A stretch of DNA of 64,000 nt from Lama guanicoe (Eukaryota): NCBI GenBank assembly GCA_013239625.1, contig MU054117.1, positions 3,276,677-3,340,676 of the forward strand, given 5' to 3'. The notes under the pieces were generated by a model. It was not told the origin of the DNA, searched no databases, and worked only from the letters and a program-made list of their open reading frames with translations. How positions within the stretch are numbered: position 1 is the first letter of the stretch; each line of letters begins with the position of its first letter. A program made the translations under genes and the position numbers. Positions 38,381-51,797 of the stretch are shown here, piece by piece.

Positions 38381-39989
38381 ATGCCCGAAGTCCACAGGGC
38401 CGGCCTGGCTGCCAGAACTGAGCTCTTTGTGAGCAGCTTTCCTTCCTGGGGATGTGCTGCCACCTAGCGGCAGACATGTGCAAAGACGGGGAGGCATCTC
38501 CGAGGATGCAGAGGGGCATGAATGACCTCACCTTTGAACAACAGCCAGATTTCAGCTGCTTCTGGTTTGGTCCGAGAGGCCCAGAAAGGTGCTTTCTTCT
38601 GGGAGATCTGCTTCCTTTAATAATGGTACAAGTCGAGTGGTGTATACTCACATTCCCGGCGGGAACTCGGGGTTGGAATTCCAGGCCATCTTGGAGGACG
38701 CTGGTTGTGTCTATTGCATTTTACCCTGAACCTCCCGTAAAAAGCCAAGGCCAACTTTAAAGCCGGGAAAGGAAAAGCCGTTAGAATTGGGATCCGGTTC
38801 TTCTTCTCATGGGAGACCAGGAAAATGGCTCATCCTTTTGCTTCACTGTTTCAATATGGTGGTGTTTGAACATGGGGTACTTGGAACACCCCAGATTTTC
38901 CAGGACTTCCTCAGCGAATTTATATTGCTGCAGACCAACCTGTCTCTTTCCATTCCCTGCCTCGTTATCCTGGAGCTGAGATCTGGAGGAGTCCTATTTT
39001 ACCAATGAGAAAGCTGAGGCCAGCGATGGGGGGAGTCAGCCCAGACCACACAGCCAGCTGGTACCTGGGGGGGGGGGACATGAGGCTCAGTAGGTCAGGA
39101 TCTTAGGGGGAAGGGGAGCAGGCTGCACTGGCGAGCTGGTCTCTTGCTCTCGTTTGTCTGATGGTAATCAAGCAGTAGGCCTGTTCGCCCCCTGACCGCA
39201 CGTATTTTTAAGGCTTTCTTTTTGGTTTGCTTCCCTTTGAGCACAGTTCCTCCAAAGGTACCTTCAATAGGGGGAGAGAAACAAGACTTTCCACGAAGTG
39301 GGCTGCTGGTGACAGGCCCACAAGAGACAGGGTTGCATTGCGTCCGCATTTCAGCTGCGGGATTCCATGACCTTGAACAAGCACCTTCACCCTGCCCTGA
39401 ACCACCTCCAGCTGCAGAATGGGGTTGCCAGTGACCATCTGGTCCTTCGTGATAACAAAGGCCCGTGAAACGTTTAAGGGGAAGGGTGCTCTGTGTCTGA
39501 GTATCATTTCCCCGAGATTTCTGCATCATGTGTCCAGGGGAAAGTGGGAACAGCAGAGAAAAGTGGCGCTTTTTGGCACCAACTACAAGCAAGCTAATTG
39601 GTTGCCAAGGATTTGGGCCAAGAAACCTAATTTTGAGCTTTAACCATGTACATCATTTTTCCATGAGGATTAAAAAGACTGCTAATGCAGCAAAGAGGCA
39701 TAGACAGTAAATTCCTACCCAAGGGCCACAGTGACCTTGGCGCTAGCTTACTGTAGGTACGACCTTCTGGGTGGGTGGGTGGGAGGGGCCACAGCCTCGC
39801 CTGGAAGTCCGGGTTGGGGGGGCGGTGGGAGAGGGAGCCAGAGAGGCAAAATAGAGGCAAGTGCTGTCTTGGCACCAGCTACCTGAGCTCATCACCGACT
39901 TCAAAGCTTTAGGGCCGCTTGATAAATGGGCCCGCCTCACAGTCCGGGAGCGTCCTAATAAGCATTGTTGATACTAGTCCAGATCCTGA

Positions 39990-40397
<408 letters not shown>

Positions 40398-41271
40398 TGA
40401 GCTCGTCTATTTTCTTTCTCAGCTAAACTCATAAATGGTTTATGAGGACAGGTGTGGTGAGGGGGAAAAAAACCCAGCGCCTGTTAAAATATTCTTTATG
40501 GTGTCTACAGCGCTCTTTGAAGATTACATATACTGCTCTCGGCTTGTGTTTAAATCTTTAATCTTTTGAGGAGAAGGATGGCTTGGGGATAAGCCCAAGC
40601 GGAAATGTGGGGGGAGCAGGGGCAAGTGCAGGTTAAAGGAACACTGTCAAGATAAATACGGGCCGCCCTGGAGGAGTTCTCTTCGGCTGTAGGGCATTTA
40701 CTGCCTTCTGGCTGCCCCCTCTCCTGGGTGGGGGTGGACCTGTGGGGTTTTCAGCAAGGACCTGCGTCCTGAGCCTGCGTTCTGGTGCCTCCCCTCCACG
40801 TGTTACTGTTTGGATTTGGTTACAGCCTTTAGCTTCTGCAAAGCTTCTTGGCGTAAGAGCTCTACACCCACCAGGTTGCTCCCACAATTGATACATAGGC
40901 CTTGTTTGCTGTGCGTTTTCCTAATAAACTGAAGGCAGTGATTTGATACTGTCTCATCACACAGCACCTTGGCCAATTTCTGCCGTTTTTTTCCTCTAAT
41001 GATAGCAGCCATGGGAGAGACTCTGAATCCGTACTTGTCCAAGGCAGAGACGTCAGAAGGTCCTGTTTTCACAATCAAACGTTAGGCAAAGATGTGACGG
41101 GGTAAAGCTCTCTCCCCCAAGGAGACCAGGGTTCGCGTTTGCTGGGCGTGTGTGCTTGAGTTGTCAGTGGGTCGTGGGGGTGGACTTCTTTCAGCATCTT
41201 GTTACATGTTACTCAGCCTGCGCAGAGGAGCGTCTGCAGCAGCGCATCGCTCTGTCCACAGTCAAAAGGTC

Positions 41272-41435
41272 GGGAGTTGCTACTTACTACTAGGTGACCT
41301 CGGGTAGGCTTCTTGACCTCCCTGAACCTCAGCTTCTTTGTCTGCAAAACGTGCCTACTGCATCGGGATCCTACCACCTTTTCAGGGTGGTTGTGGAAGT
41401 GAAAATCGGCGTGCAGGGAAGTCCTTCATAAACCA
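41272..41435 (+). mobile_element. MIR in intron 3
   Basis: gctacttactactaggtgacctcgggtagg...acctccctgaacctcagcttctttgtctgcaaaa...agggtggttgtg. Confidence 0.7.
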
Positions 41436-44400
41436 GCCAGCACGCCCCGATGCTGACTGTGAAAGTATCTCTTGATTTTGATTCTTCTGACTAGGGCGGG
41501 TACAGTGACCGTCCCAGCCGCCCCCATCTGGGTCCAGCAGGACCTGGCGCTCCGCCTGGCTGGCTTGGAGGCAGGGACCAGCCGCCTGCGGGGGAGTCCA
41601 GGGCAGGCCCCCTCCCTGAGCTCCCCTAGTCCTGCGCTGCAGCCCCGCGCCCCCCCGCGGGAGAGTCCGCCGCGCGGGCGTCCTCGCTGCCTTGCAGACA
41701 GTGACCGTTCTTTTCTCCCCCTCGTTCTCCTGCTGTCTGGCCTGCGCCCTAGGGGTCAGCCCCGTATTGACTTACTTTGTCTCCCAGGCCCAGCTGGCCC
41801 TTCCTGTCTGCTGTCACTATCCACTGTGGAGAAGGGGTCACCAGCCCTTTTCTCTCTGGCCCTCCGACAGCCGCCCCCCGACCCTGCACCCCACTCCCGC
41901 CACATGGTCCAGTGCTCGATCGTCAGCGCTCTGCTGCTACCTCGTCTCCCACGTGGCGCAGCTCTTGGGGTCTGCCTACCCACTCCTCCTCTCTGGTCTC
42001 TGACTTGGGTCAGGAGGGTGGGGGGCGTTGTCCAGACTACCAGCAGATCCCCAGATTCTGTGAAGGCCCATTATCCAAACTGGGGGATCCCATCCCCCAC
42101 TCCTGGCCTTCTTGCCCAGATCCTTGGAGTAGCTGCCAAGTTTGGGGCCAGAGTAGGGAGCCTGGGATTCAGGGACTGAGGACAGAGGTCCGAGGGGAAG
42201 CAGAGGAAGTCGTGAAGAGAGAGGAGCTCACTTGGGCCAGAGCGGGCAGAACTCCTCCGACCAAACGGAAACCACAGGCCAAGGACTACGTCCCAGGGGC
42301 GGGCTGCTCAGAGCACCGGGAGGCTCTCAAGACATTTTCTGGGTCTAGGAGGGGTGAGCCTGTCTTGGAAGGCCTTTCTGTCCCCTGATCTGCCCTCGAG
42401 CGAGCAAGAATGGCTGGGTGCCATGGCATCCCACCACGAGGGGCTTGACGGCAGCTGGCCTGATGGTCTGAAAGCCAAGGGCTGCTTTTCTTGAAGGAAA
42501 CACCTTCCAGTTAGATGAGAGTCCACATCCTGGGACCAGGGTGTGACGAGTGGGCGAGTGCCCAGGACAGGTCAGCAAGTGGCAGGCACCGGGGACAGAA
42601 CCCCAGGGAGATGGGTCCCTCCAGCCTGCTCTGTCCACCCCCTCCTCCCCATGGACCCTGGGTATACAGCCTTGGAGCTGAAGGGCTCCAGCAGCCAGGG
42701 GTACAGAGGCCCCAGCAGATCCGGAGAGGGTGGCAGCCGACCCTCAGGCCTTGTGGCCAGTTTAGGGGAAAAGCTGCTTTTGAAAGAGCTGGCAGTGGTC
42801 CCCTAGTCTGCGGGGAGCCCGTGTGTGTGAAAGGGGAGGAGGCCGTCTTCGTTTTCAGGGCTGAGGCTTAACGTGCTGCCAGATGGGGTGGGGGGTGCCC
42901 TGTTTCCTTCCCTGCTCAGCCCTGAACAGCTCCTGGGGCAGAGACTCCGGCTGGTCCTGGTCACTGGAGGCGCTGGGTTGAGGGGAGACCTTCATAACCG
43001 CCAGCGCTGGGCACTCCCTCCCTGGAGCTTTGGATGCTGGGAAGCAGACTGGGCCTGAGCATCCTGGTGTGGCTCGGATGGTTGAGCCCCCAGGTCGTGA
43101 GGAAGGAGACCATGGAGATGACTCAGGATCGCGCTGGAGTAGGGAGATTCTTGACGCATGATGTCATGCTCAACAGATGATTCCAGTTAGTCTAGAAGAG
43201 CCAATGGCATTGAGTTTGAACTTGGTGTGAGGGTGGGGGAGAGGGTGCTTAACCTCCCTACCCATGGTGCCCCGCATCTCCTCTTTTTGCCTAGGAGCCC
43301 CCCTGCACATCAGGGGCTGTCCAGTGCATGACTGCCCTCCCCCCCAGGGTCCCCAGGGCCTGGGCCCCAGTGGTGAAGACACCCCAATGCTTTCCTTCCT
43401 GCTGTAAGAGGTGTCTTGTGACTCTCCTCCCCCAGGTTATAGCGGGACAGTGGGGGCCCAGAGAGGGTGCATGACTTGGCCCCTGGTCCTGAAAGGGAGG
43501 CCTGTCTGAGTGGTTGGAACGTGGAAGGAAGAGTCGAAACCACTTCCATCCATGGGCCTCTGAGCTGCCGTCACCACTGAGAGGCCGAGGGGAAGTGGCC
43601 TGCTGAGCGGGGAGTCTGGTTCTTCCGTGCGTGGGGCCGGTCTGGGTCTGGTGTAAGGTGGGCGAGGGGCAGGCTGCTGGCCCTCACCCAGCCCCCTACT
43701 TCCCCCAGGCCTCTGGAGTTGAACCCCCCGTAGCTTGTCAGGCAGCCGGCCCCACGAGGACTGGGTGTGCCGAGCCTGCTCTGGGGGCGGCAGGTGAGGT
43801 GTGAGCCGCCAGCGTCGTCCTGTGGCCAGTGAGCACCCTGGCTTCTGGCCTTTGCAGCCCCCACTGACCGCAGGTTGGAGGAGGGGAAGAAGCGCATCTT
43901 GGGTTCTCTTTCCCTCTTTCGCCCCCTAGTGGTGAACAAGAGCACAGCGCTCGTTTGGCCATCAAGGCCTCAGCCCCTGAGCCAAAACTGGGGACAAACC
44001 TCAATCTGCAGTTTCAAACCTGCTGAGCTCAGAACCTTTTCTCCAGTGAAATCTTGCCAAGCCGATGAACATGGAGCCTTTCTCTTGCACTTGCCCAGAT
44101 TAAGGAGCCCAGTGGGGCCCCAGGAGGTCCTTGGGAGGTTAAGGAAGGAGCTCCACGGGGTCCCGCAGCCCCCGGTCCCCGGATGGGACGGGTTCCCGTC
44201 GCCTGGACTCGAGTCAGCTCTTCCTCCTCTGAACTCTTCTCCCAGTTCAGATAGGAACGAAGACCCTGTGTTCCTGGTGGGGAGGGGGGGGCCTTGAGCA
44301 CTTCACCTGGTTAAGACATTAAAAAGCCCAGGTTGCAGAGCGCAGTTGCCTTGATCTTACGCCCAGGCCCGGCATCAGACGTGAGACAAGTCACTCAGGC

Positions 44401-44939
44401 TCTCGGGTGTCATTGGTTCACCCGGCAAAGGAAGTGTCTGGAGACTGATGGGTGTCACCTTGGTTTTTGTTGACACCTCCCTGAGGAAGCAAACAGCAGC
44501 AGGGCTGCCTGTGCTGGTCGGTGGAGCTGGGGTCCCCCAGGGCTGTCCCCTGCCTCCATCACCTCGCGGGGAGGGAGGAGGTCAGGTCCGAGCTGTTGGC
44601 ACGTGGGGCCTCAGCTCTGGGTGAGACCACACCCGAAAGAGCGCGGGCCTCCCTGGGTCTCGCCTGTTTCTGACAAGGCAGCAGGCGGTGGTGGGGACTT
44701 GTTGCAACATACACACCCTGACAGTGGAGGAGCTTCTGGGCGGTGCAGAGCCCTCGTCCTCCCGGCCTCGCTGTGCTAGGCCTGCTCTTGGCACCAGCCT
44801 GCAGCCTCGAGAAGCCAGGCGCCTTCCCCTCCCCCTGCAGATCCTGAACAGAATCTCCAACAGTCGGAATTGGCCATCCAATACCGCAGGAAGCCCCAGG
44901 GGTCAGAATAGCGGGGTGATGACAGTGACGGTGGTGGCG

Positions 44940-45110
44940 GACTGCTTACCCTGAGTCAGGCGCTGTTCTCGTCACTAAATCCTGAGAACAACCCTAGGAG
45001 GTGGGTAGAACTATCACCCTTATTTGCAGGTGAGAAGACAGAGGCTCAGAGAGGTCGGCTAATCTGCCTGGCTTCGCACAGCTGGGAGGTGGTAGGACCA
45101 GCCTCCATGG
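44940..45110 (-). mobile_element. MIR in intron 3
   Basis: aatcctgagaacaaccctaggaggtgggta...ttgcaggtgagaagacagaggctcagagaggt...gcacagctgggagg. Confidence 0.75.
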
Positions 45111-48100
45111 CCCGCACCTTCCGGGGCTTGGAGATGCGGGGCCCAAACTCTCCCATCTCCTTGGGGAGTCCTCTTAAGTGTCTCCGATGCTCCTGGCCGC
45201 TTGGGCACTGCCTTTCTTTGAGGAGTCCCTTTTGAAGTCACCTAGCCATTCTGAACGCACCGTGCCGTGTTGTCACGCTGCTTTCTGCGTCTCAGAGAAA
45301 TTGTCCGATCTGGACGCATCCCTCGTTAGCTAATTGTGTCCCACTCTGCTGGGGGAGAAGGGAGAGGGTGTGTTACAAAGCCAGGCACGCTTCACCTCTC
45401 CAGGTGGGCAGCTCAGGGTGCATAGACCCTCACCCCTGAGTGTGCCCTCCTGCACCAGTGATGTAGAGATTTCTGGGAGAGTGTTACTCAGTATTTTATT
45501 TTTGCTAAAATAAAATATTTCCTTCACCTGATGGTGGGAAATTTACATACACCTTCTCCGTATCCTCTTAGCCCCCCAACCTGCGTGCGTGGATATGCAT
45601 TTCTATTTTTTCTCTTTTTCTGTATGTATGGACAATTGTAGCATGGGCTCATGAAGTTTGATTTATTTTTGGCCCCCCCCCCACCCTACCCAAGTGGATA
45701 CTGTGAACATTTCTCAGTACTGTTATGTAGCCGAAGTTTAAGGTCTCCACGGGTGAGCATGGAGGGTCAGCTAGGGGAAGGGCACGACCCTTCAGCTGCT
45801 TGATGCTGGTGTTTCTCTCTCTGCTGTTTCCCCTACCAGCGGAGAGGCGGTGTCCCTGGGTGTGGTTTTGGGGCAGCCCCTGAGGCCGGGCGGAACGGGT
45901 CTGTGGAGGGAGACGCCTTGCGACTCTTGCCGCCTGGTGGAAGCCGCACTGTGTCCTGTCCTCTCTTCCTCATCCTTTTCCTTGGAAGTCATCCTTCCTC
46001 CAGAGCCTTAAGTGAAAGCAAATCAGAGCTGGAAGGCCCCTGGGAGATTAGGCAACCTAGTATCTTCCAGCTTGTGGGCCCAAACTATAAAGGAAGAAAC
46101 ACAGCTTCTAGTGCCGCTCAGGGGGCACATCAGCTACATCAACCGATACAAAAGTTTCTTAAGACAGTTTCTACTCTTACTACTCGGGGTCACCTCCCGA
46201 TGCCTTCTGTTCTGTTGTGTTCCAGTCAACAACAACACTACACGGTCACGACCCACCGATGAACTTGGTGACCTGCCAATGAGTTGAAGTCAGGAATACT
46301 AGTTAGTTAGCGGGTCTAACTCCCCCCCCTTAGACAGCGGGGAGCCCAGGGGCTCGGAGGGAGGGGTCACCAAGTCACCTGCCAGGGTCTGGGGTGGGGC
46401 TGGGCCTGGCTTTGCAGCGGGGACGCTGCCTTCTTTGGGCAGTTGCTCAGGCACCCAAGGGGCGGCTGTGGGGCTGGCCTGGGCCCTGCTGCTCCTTGCC
46501 CCATCAGTGCCATGGGCTCCCTCTGCATTTTCCTCACAAAAGAAGCGGGGTACAGTCCTGGGGGCAACTCCAGCACCGGCTGCACCGCAGGACCATCCAT
46601 GTACAACCCCCAGCTTGCAGAAGTTAATTCATTTGCTTAAAGTAGGAGTTGACTTGCAGGCAGCAGGCTACCAAGAGAGGCATGTGTGGGGTGGGCTTCC
46701 CCGTCTGAGCCTTGGTGGAGGGGGTGGGGGCGGGGGCATCTCCTCCCGCCCTGCCCTCCCCTGCCAGCTGCTCCCACCCCGGGCCGGTGTGGGCCCAGGG
46801 CCATGGGCTGGCGGCCTCCTCTGCATTGTGACTGTCACAAGGGGAAGCTAACGAGGTTACTGGGCAGAGAAACACTCGTGATGAGACCTACAGCAGAGCG
46901 GGAGGCTGGCTTCGCCACCGTCCAGGGAACCGAGAGGGGCTCTGGACAGCAGATACTGGAGAGCAGGTTTTGGGTGGAAAACCAGAGTAGACAGCCCTCA
47001 AGAGGTGGAAACGGTGAGTGGGCGAAGAAAAGAAGGCCAAGGAGAAAGACAGGCAGACAGGCGGCCAGGCCTGCTGTGTTCGTAGGATTCAGCCGGGAGG
47101 GAGGCGGGCAGGCCTGGCTCTGCGACCCAGCACCGTTTCTGAGCACATCCCTGACTTGATGGGGACGGTGGGGTCACTGGGAAAAGTGCTTCAGCGGAAT
47201 TCGTTGACAGAAGAGCAAGAATGGGTGGCGTGAGCTGGGACTGTTTCTGCGGGGTCAGCCTAGTGCTTCTGCTGTAGCTGGAAGTGTAACCCACGTCTTC
47301 CCTCTGCAGCGGCCCCGCACCCCCCAGCCTTCCATCCCCACACTCCATGAATTCACTAGAGTGATGGCAAAACTAGAGAGAGCCCCCCTGCCCCCCGTGG
47401 CAGGTTCTCTCCACCCGGGACTTCAGTTAGGACGAGGGACGACACTGTGACCTCTTTCACGTGTCAGCACAAGGCGGTGGGGGGGGCTGCGGAAAGTCAG
47501 AAGGTTTCTCAGCCCCAACATTAAGGTAACGATTGTGTGCGCCTTCCATAGGTGACGCGTGGGTGACACGGGCAGGAACGTGTCAGGTACTGGACGTTCT
47601 GGCAGGCAGCAGCTGTTAGTAGCAGGAAGAGGGGCGAGGGGTGGGGATCCTTCAACCTCCTTCGACGCGCAGCAGTGGCAGACTTGGTCTCCATCAGAAG
47701 AAACTGATGTTTAGGTCCCCAGGCAATCACGGGAGAGCCTCCTTTGTTCCTGCTCTCGGAGAGGTGGAGGTGGAGGGCGTTTGAGCCCCTCGGATTTGTC
47801 CTCGTTTCCCACTTCTCTCTAGCCAACCCCCACCCCCCCTGCAAGAAGGTGGGGTCTTCAGGCCTGAGAGTCATCACATCTTAGCCAGGTCACCCATCTG
47901 CTCAGATGCAGCGGTCAGTGCCGAGCGCACTGGTGAATTTCTGTCCTTTCTCCAGATGTTCTGAGGACCCTTGGCTTTGGGTGGAAAAGGAGGATTGTGT
48001 AAAATGCCACCTCGTTTCCCCTTTTTTTTTTTTTTAAATAAAATCATCTTTTTTGGTTTGAGCCACGTTAGTCCTTGGGGCTCGTCCCAAGAACATGGCA

Positions 48101-48592
48101 AAGTCACATCAGAACTGTCATCCTTCCTAAGACGTACCTGCTTGTTACCGCCCCCTCCTTCTGACATCTGGAGCCCTGGGCCCGTGTCCCCTATATGGCA
48201 CGTGGGTTCAGAGCCCCTGCTGGACTCCCGCCATCAGCCCCAGGGAGGGGAGACCACGTCTCACCCACCTGCCTGCCCACCGGAGCCGGACAGCCCAACC
48301 CATTACAGCATCGTGGGACTGAGTGGGGAGGAGCCTGGGTCCTCCGAATTCACTGCATGTGTTCAGATCAGCCCTACCCTCCCTGCTCAGTCTCCTCCTT
48401 TCAAATCTGGAACCACCACTGTGGGGCAGAGGAAGGGCGTCCAGGGGAGGAAAGACAGGAGAGGATGCGTCTGTGGGGTCAGGGCTCACGGGCAGCTGGT
48501 CCACTGCCATCCTCCAGCCGCGCATCTTCAGGCTGGGAGCTCCTGCATCCAGCCGGCCCTGTGCCCTGACCACCTGCCTCTCCTTCCCGCAG

Positions 48593-48741
48593 ACTTCAAG
48601 TTCGCCATGTACCCACCGTCAATGATCGCAACTGGAAGTGTGGGCGCCGCCATCTGCGGGCTCCAGCAGGACGAGGACGTGAGCTCGCTCACGGGCGACG
48701 CCCTGGTGGACCTGCTGGCCAAGATCACCAACACGGACGTG
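48593..48741 (+). CDS. CCND2: Cyclin D2 exon 4
   Basis: Acceptor ccttcccgcag|AC. Translates (D)[49 protein letters not shown]. Donor GTG|GTAGGT; 149 nt, phase-compatible with exon 3. Confidence 0.99.
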
Positions 48742-49997
48742 GTAGGTGGCCCCGTCCTCTCGGCTAAGACTGGACGTCTCTTTCCTCCGCCAGTGGGTGC
48801 GAGATGCCGTGTCAGAGGTCCCTTTGCTGTTGGTTTCTGTTTTCTAAGATCAGCATCTGAGGTCGTTCAGAACTCAGCAGGTAAGGCCTCCAGCTAAGGT
48901 TTCTGGAGCCCGTGTGCCGTCAGCTGGAGGACAGAACTCAGCAGGCCGGCCGAGGGGGCGGGAGGGCTGTTTACTGGTTTCCTTTGTGGCTGGGGCTTCC
49001 CCATCCGTCTGAATTGTTGCTTCGTTTCCATTTATGTACAATCCTCAGCCTGCCTCTCCTCCAGTGTGGAGCTTTCTCGTCCGCTCACACGCACCGAGGC
49101 TGGAAGGCTCGGCCAGAGCGAGGCTGTCCCGCAGCGGAGGGCGTGGGAGGACGGCGTCCGCCCCCGCCCACCTCTCAGGCCCGCCCGCCTCTCACTTTCC
49201 TTTAGTTCAAGGGGATGATGGATTAAAAAGCACTTTAATAAGTACAAGTGCCAGACAGATGCAAGGAACTATTATTAGCTATAGATTTTTCCATTCTGGG
49301 TGCCCTGTGGACAGTTCGGAGGCTGTAACTCCTGGTTGCCAGAATTCAGAGCTCCTTAGAAGAGGAGAGGTTTGGGGCCAGACCTGGCTCTAATGAGGCT
49401 CTGGTTCGGCTGGTTGGAGGTTGCAGGCTTCAGAAGGTCCCAGTTGCTTGATTCCGTTGACTCTGAAGGTCAGGGAGGCAGGCAGTGAGGACGGGTTGGG
49501 CCCGGGGGCAAGGGCGGGGGCTCCCAGAGCTGGGACAGGAACCTGGAGGCTCCAAGCCTGCCCCGCCTGGGAACTTGGAATTCCTCCCCTGCTGCAGTGC
49601 AGGGATCTTTTTGTTTGTAAAAGGCCTTTGGTTTAAAGCAACTCGACAGAGGGGTGTCAGCTCTGAGGCCCTCTGGCGTCACCATGGAGAGGCTCGAGAA
49701 TGCAGGGGAACTTCACGGTCACCCCCTCGGGACGTTCTGGGGCATCTGAGTGCCCTCCTGTGGGAATATATTGAGGTCAGGGGTAAATGTGGTTTACGGG
49801 CCTGCGGCTGGTGCCTGCACCCAGGATGCTGAGCAGAAGGTTAAATGTCAGAGCTCCCAAGGCTGCAGCTCACTGGCTCCTCACTGCTAGCCCATCCCCC
49901 ATATTTTGCCTTGGCGTTCATTACCATCTCAAGGAAATGGCGAACTCCCCCTTCCCCCCAGGCAGTTCTTAGATGTGCTTTTTAAGTGCTGGCTCCA

Positions 49998-50139
49998 GGG
50001 GAGTATAGCCTGGGGGTGGAGTGTGTGCTTAGCATGCGGGAGGTCTTGGGTTCAATCCCCAGTGCCTCCATTAAAAATATATATATATGCATATATGTAT
50101 GTGTATATACATGTGGCCAATTATCTACCCCCCTTCAGA
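49998..50139 (+). mobile_element. tRNA-derived SINE (Vic-1-like) in intron 4 with a perfect 14-bp target-site duplication
   Basis: ggggagtatagc...gcttagcatgcgggaggtcttgggttcaatccccagtgcctcc. AAGTGCTGGCTCCA at 49984-49997 and 50140-50153. Confidence 0.92.
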
Positions 50140-51399
50140 AAGTGCTGGCTCCAAACAGGCTTTTAAAGCATGCTCTCCCAAATACATCCTGAAAAGACCC
50201 TCCAGCGCACCTTCCCGTGGAGAATGCTCTTCGAATCCTCTCGACACAGAACTTACCTTTACAGAAGCAGCACGCTTCCCTCCTTTTCTGACCTCCTGTT
50301 AAGGCCGCCTTGCGGAAAATCCAGCCCCTCCTCGATCCCCGAGGCAAAAATGTCCGCGACAAGAGGCTGAGCCCTGCCATTGTAACCCCCTCCAGATAAT
50401 TACAGGTGCGCCCGGACGGGCTGGCTGCACACCGGGTCCCTGGCCTGTCCCGTATCTTTCGGTCACCTTTTGTTGGCTTTAGGTGGTCAGAGGTCACTCC
50501 GGGGTGCCCCTCGAGCTCGTGGGCTGTGCCTTGCTTTTCAATACTGCAAACCAGTCTCTTGTTTCGTACTGGAATTACTGCTTGCCCGGTTCAGATACTG
50601 TGTAGCCAGGCTGCATTCAAGTCAGACGCGGTTAACTGGATATAAAATTGGCTTAGAGGTTCTTCCTGAAAATCTCAGCTGTGGAACAGAGATGTGAGCA
50701 CTCGGGTGCCTCATTCTCACCAGTGGGCCTGGGGTTAAACATTTTCATGTTTGAAAATGAAGCATGCACATCCCACTTATTCAGGGAACAGTTCGAGACC
50801 TCAGGAAGCTCCCAGCTTACCTCTGGTCCCCAGAGCCTGGCTCCCTCCCGCCCTCCCTGGGGAGGTCCCCAGTGGCCGGCTGGCTGTGTGCTGACCTCCA
50901 GGCGCCAGGGCTCCTCCCGCCCCTCGGCCTGTCCCCTCTGAAGAGCTGAAGCTCCAAGTGCAGGAAGGGGAGAGGCGAGACTTCAGGATGCCTTGGCATT
51001 TGAGGGAGGTGAGTCTTTGCTTCCTGGACTCTGTTTACCATTTCAGGAGACAGGCAGCAGGGCGTTCCAAGCGCTGATTCCCTGCACTCCTGGGAGGGCT
51101 TATTAAAGGCCCACTGGGCACAGGTTGTCACATTGTGAACAAGGCACAGGGACCCAAGGCAGTGCGGGAGGAGTCGGGGTGGTGGGCAGCACGTGGAACA
51201 TAAGAGGTGAGGTTCCTGTCCTCAGGAAACGCCATGATCGTACAGAGAAGCAACAGTAAAGCTCGCAGATGAGTGGAGGTGAAGTGACGTGTTGGCAGCT
51301 ATAAATGCAGCAGGAGGTCAGCCCGCGGGAAGGCGCTCTGCTCTCCAGGCCTCCTGTGAAACACGGAGTAGGGACTGTCACGTTTTCATCACTTAGTGA

Positions 51400-51797
51400 T
51401 AGAAAATGTCCTTGGGATGGAGAAGGAGAATGTGGTATGCACACGCAGTGGAATATTAGTCAGCCTTAAAAAGAAGTGAAATTTTGGCATATTCGTCAAC
51501 CAGCACGAGCCCTGAACGTGTTAACAGACATAAGCCAGACACAAGAAGACAAACAGTGTATGAGTCCGCTTGTACGGGGTTCCTAGAGTCGTCAGATTCA
51601 AAGGGACAGAACGTGGAATAGAGGTTCCCAAGGCCCGGGGGTGGGAGGATGGGGAGCAGCTGTTTTCTGGGCATGGAGTTTCCATTTGGAGAGATGGAAA
51701 GTTCTGGAGATGAACAGTGAAGGGACTTGCCGAATGCACGTAAAAAAATGATGAAGAAGGTAAATGTTGTGAGATGTGTGTTCTGCCACAACAAAAA
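51400..51797 (+). mobile_element. L1MB-like 3' fragment in intron 4
   Basis: aatgtggtatgcacacgcagtggaatattagtcagccttaaaaagaa...ataagccagacacaagaagacaaa...gatggaaagttctggagatg...gccacaacaaaaa. Confidence 0.85.

Noticed and set aside
47971..48592. About 200 open codons upstream of and in frame with exon 4 (308-aa ORF)
   Set aside because: Starts at TTG, is low-complexity, and cyclin similarity begins only at the exon 4 acceptor.
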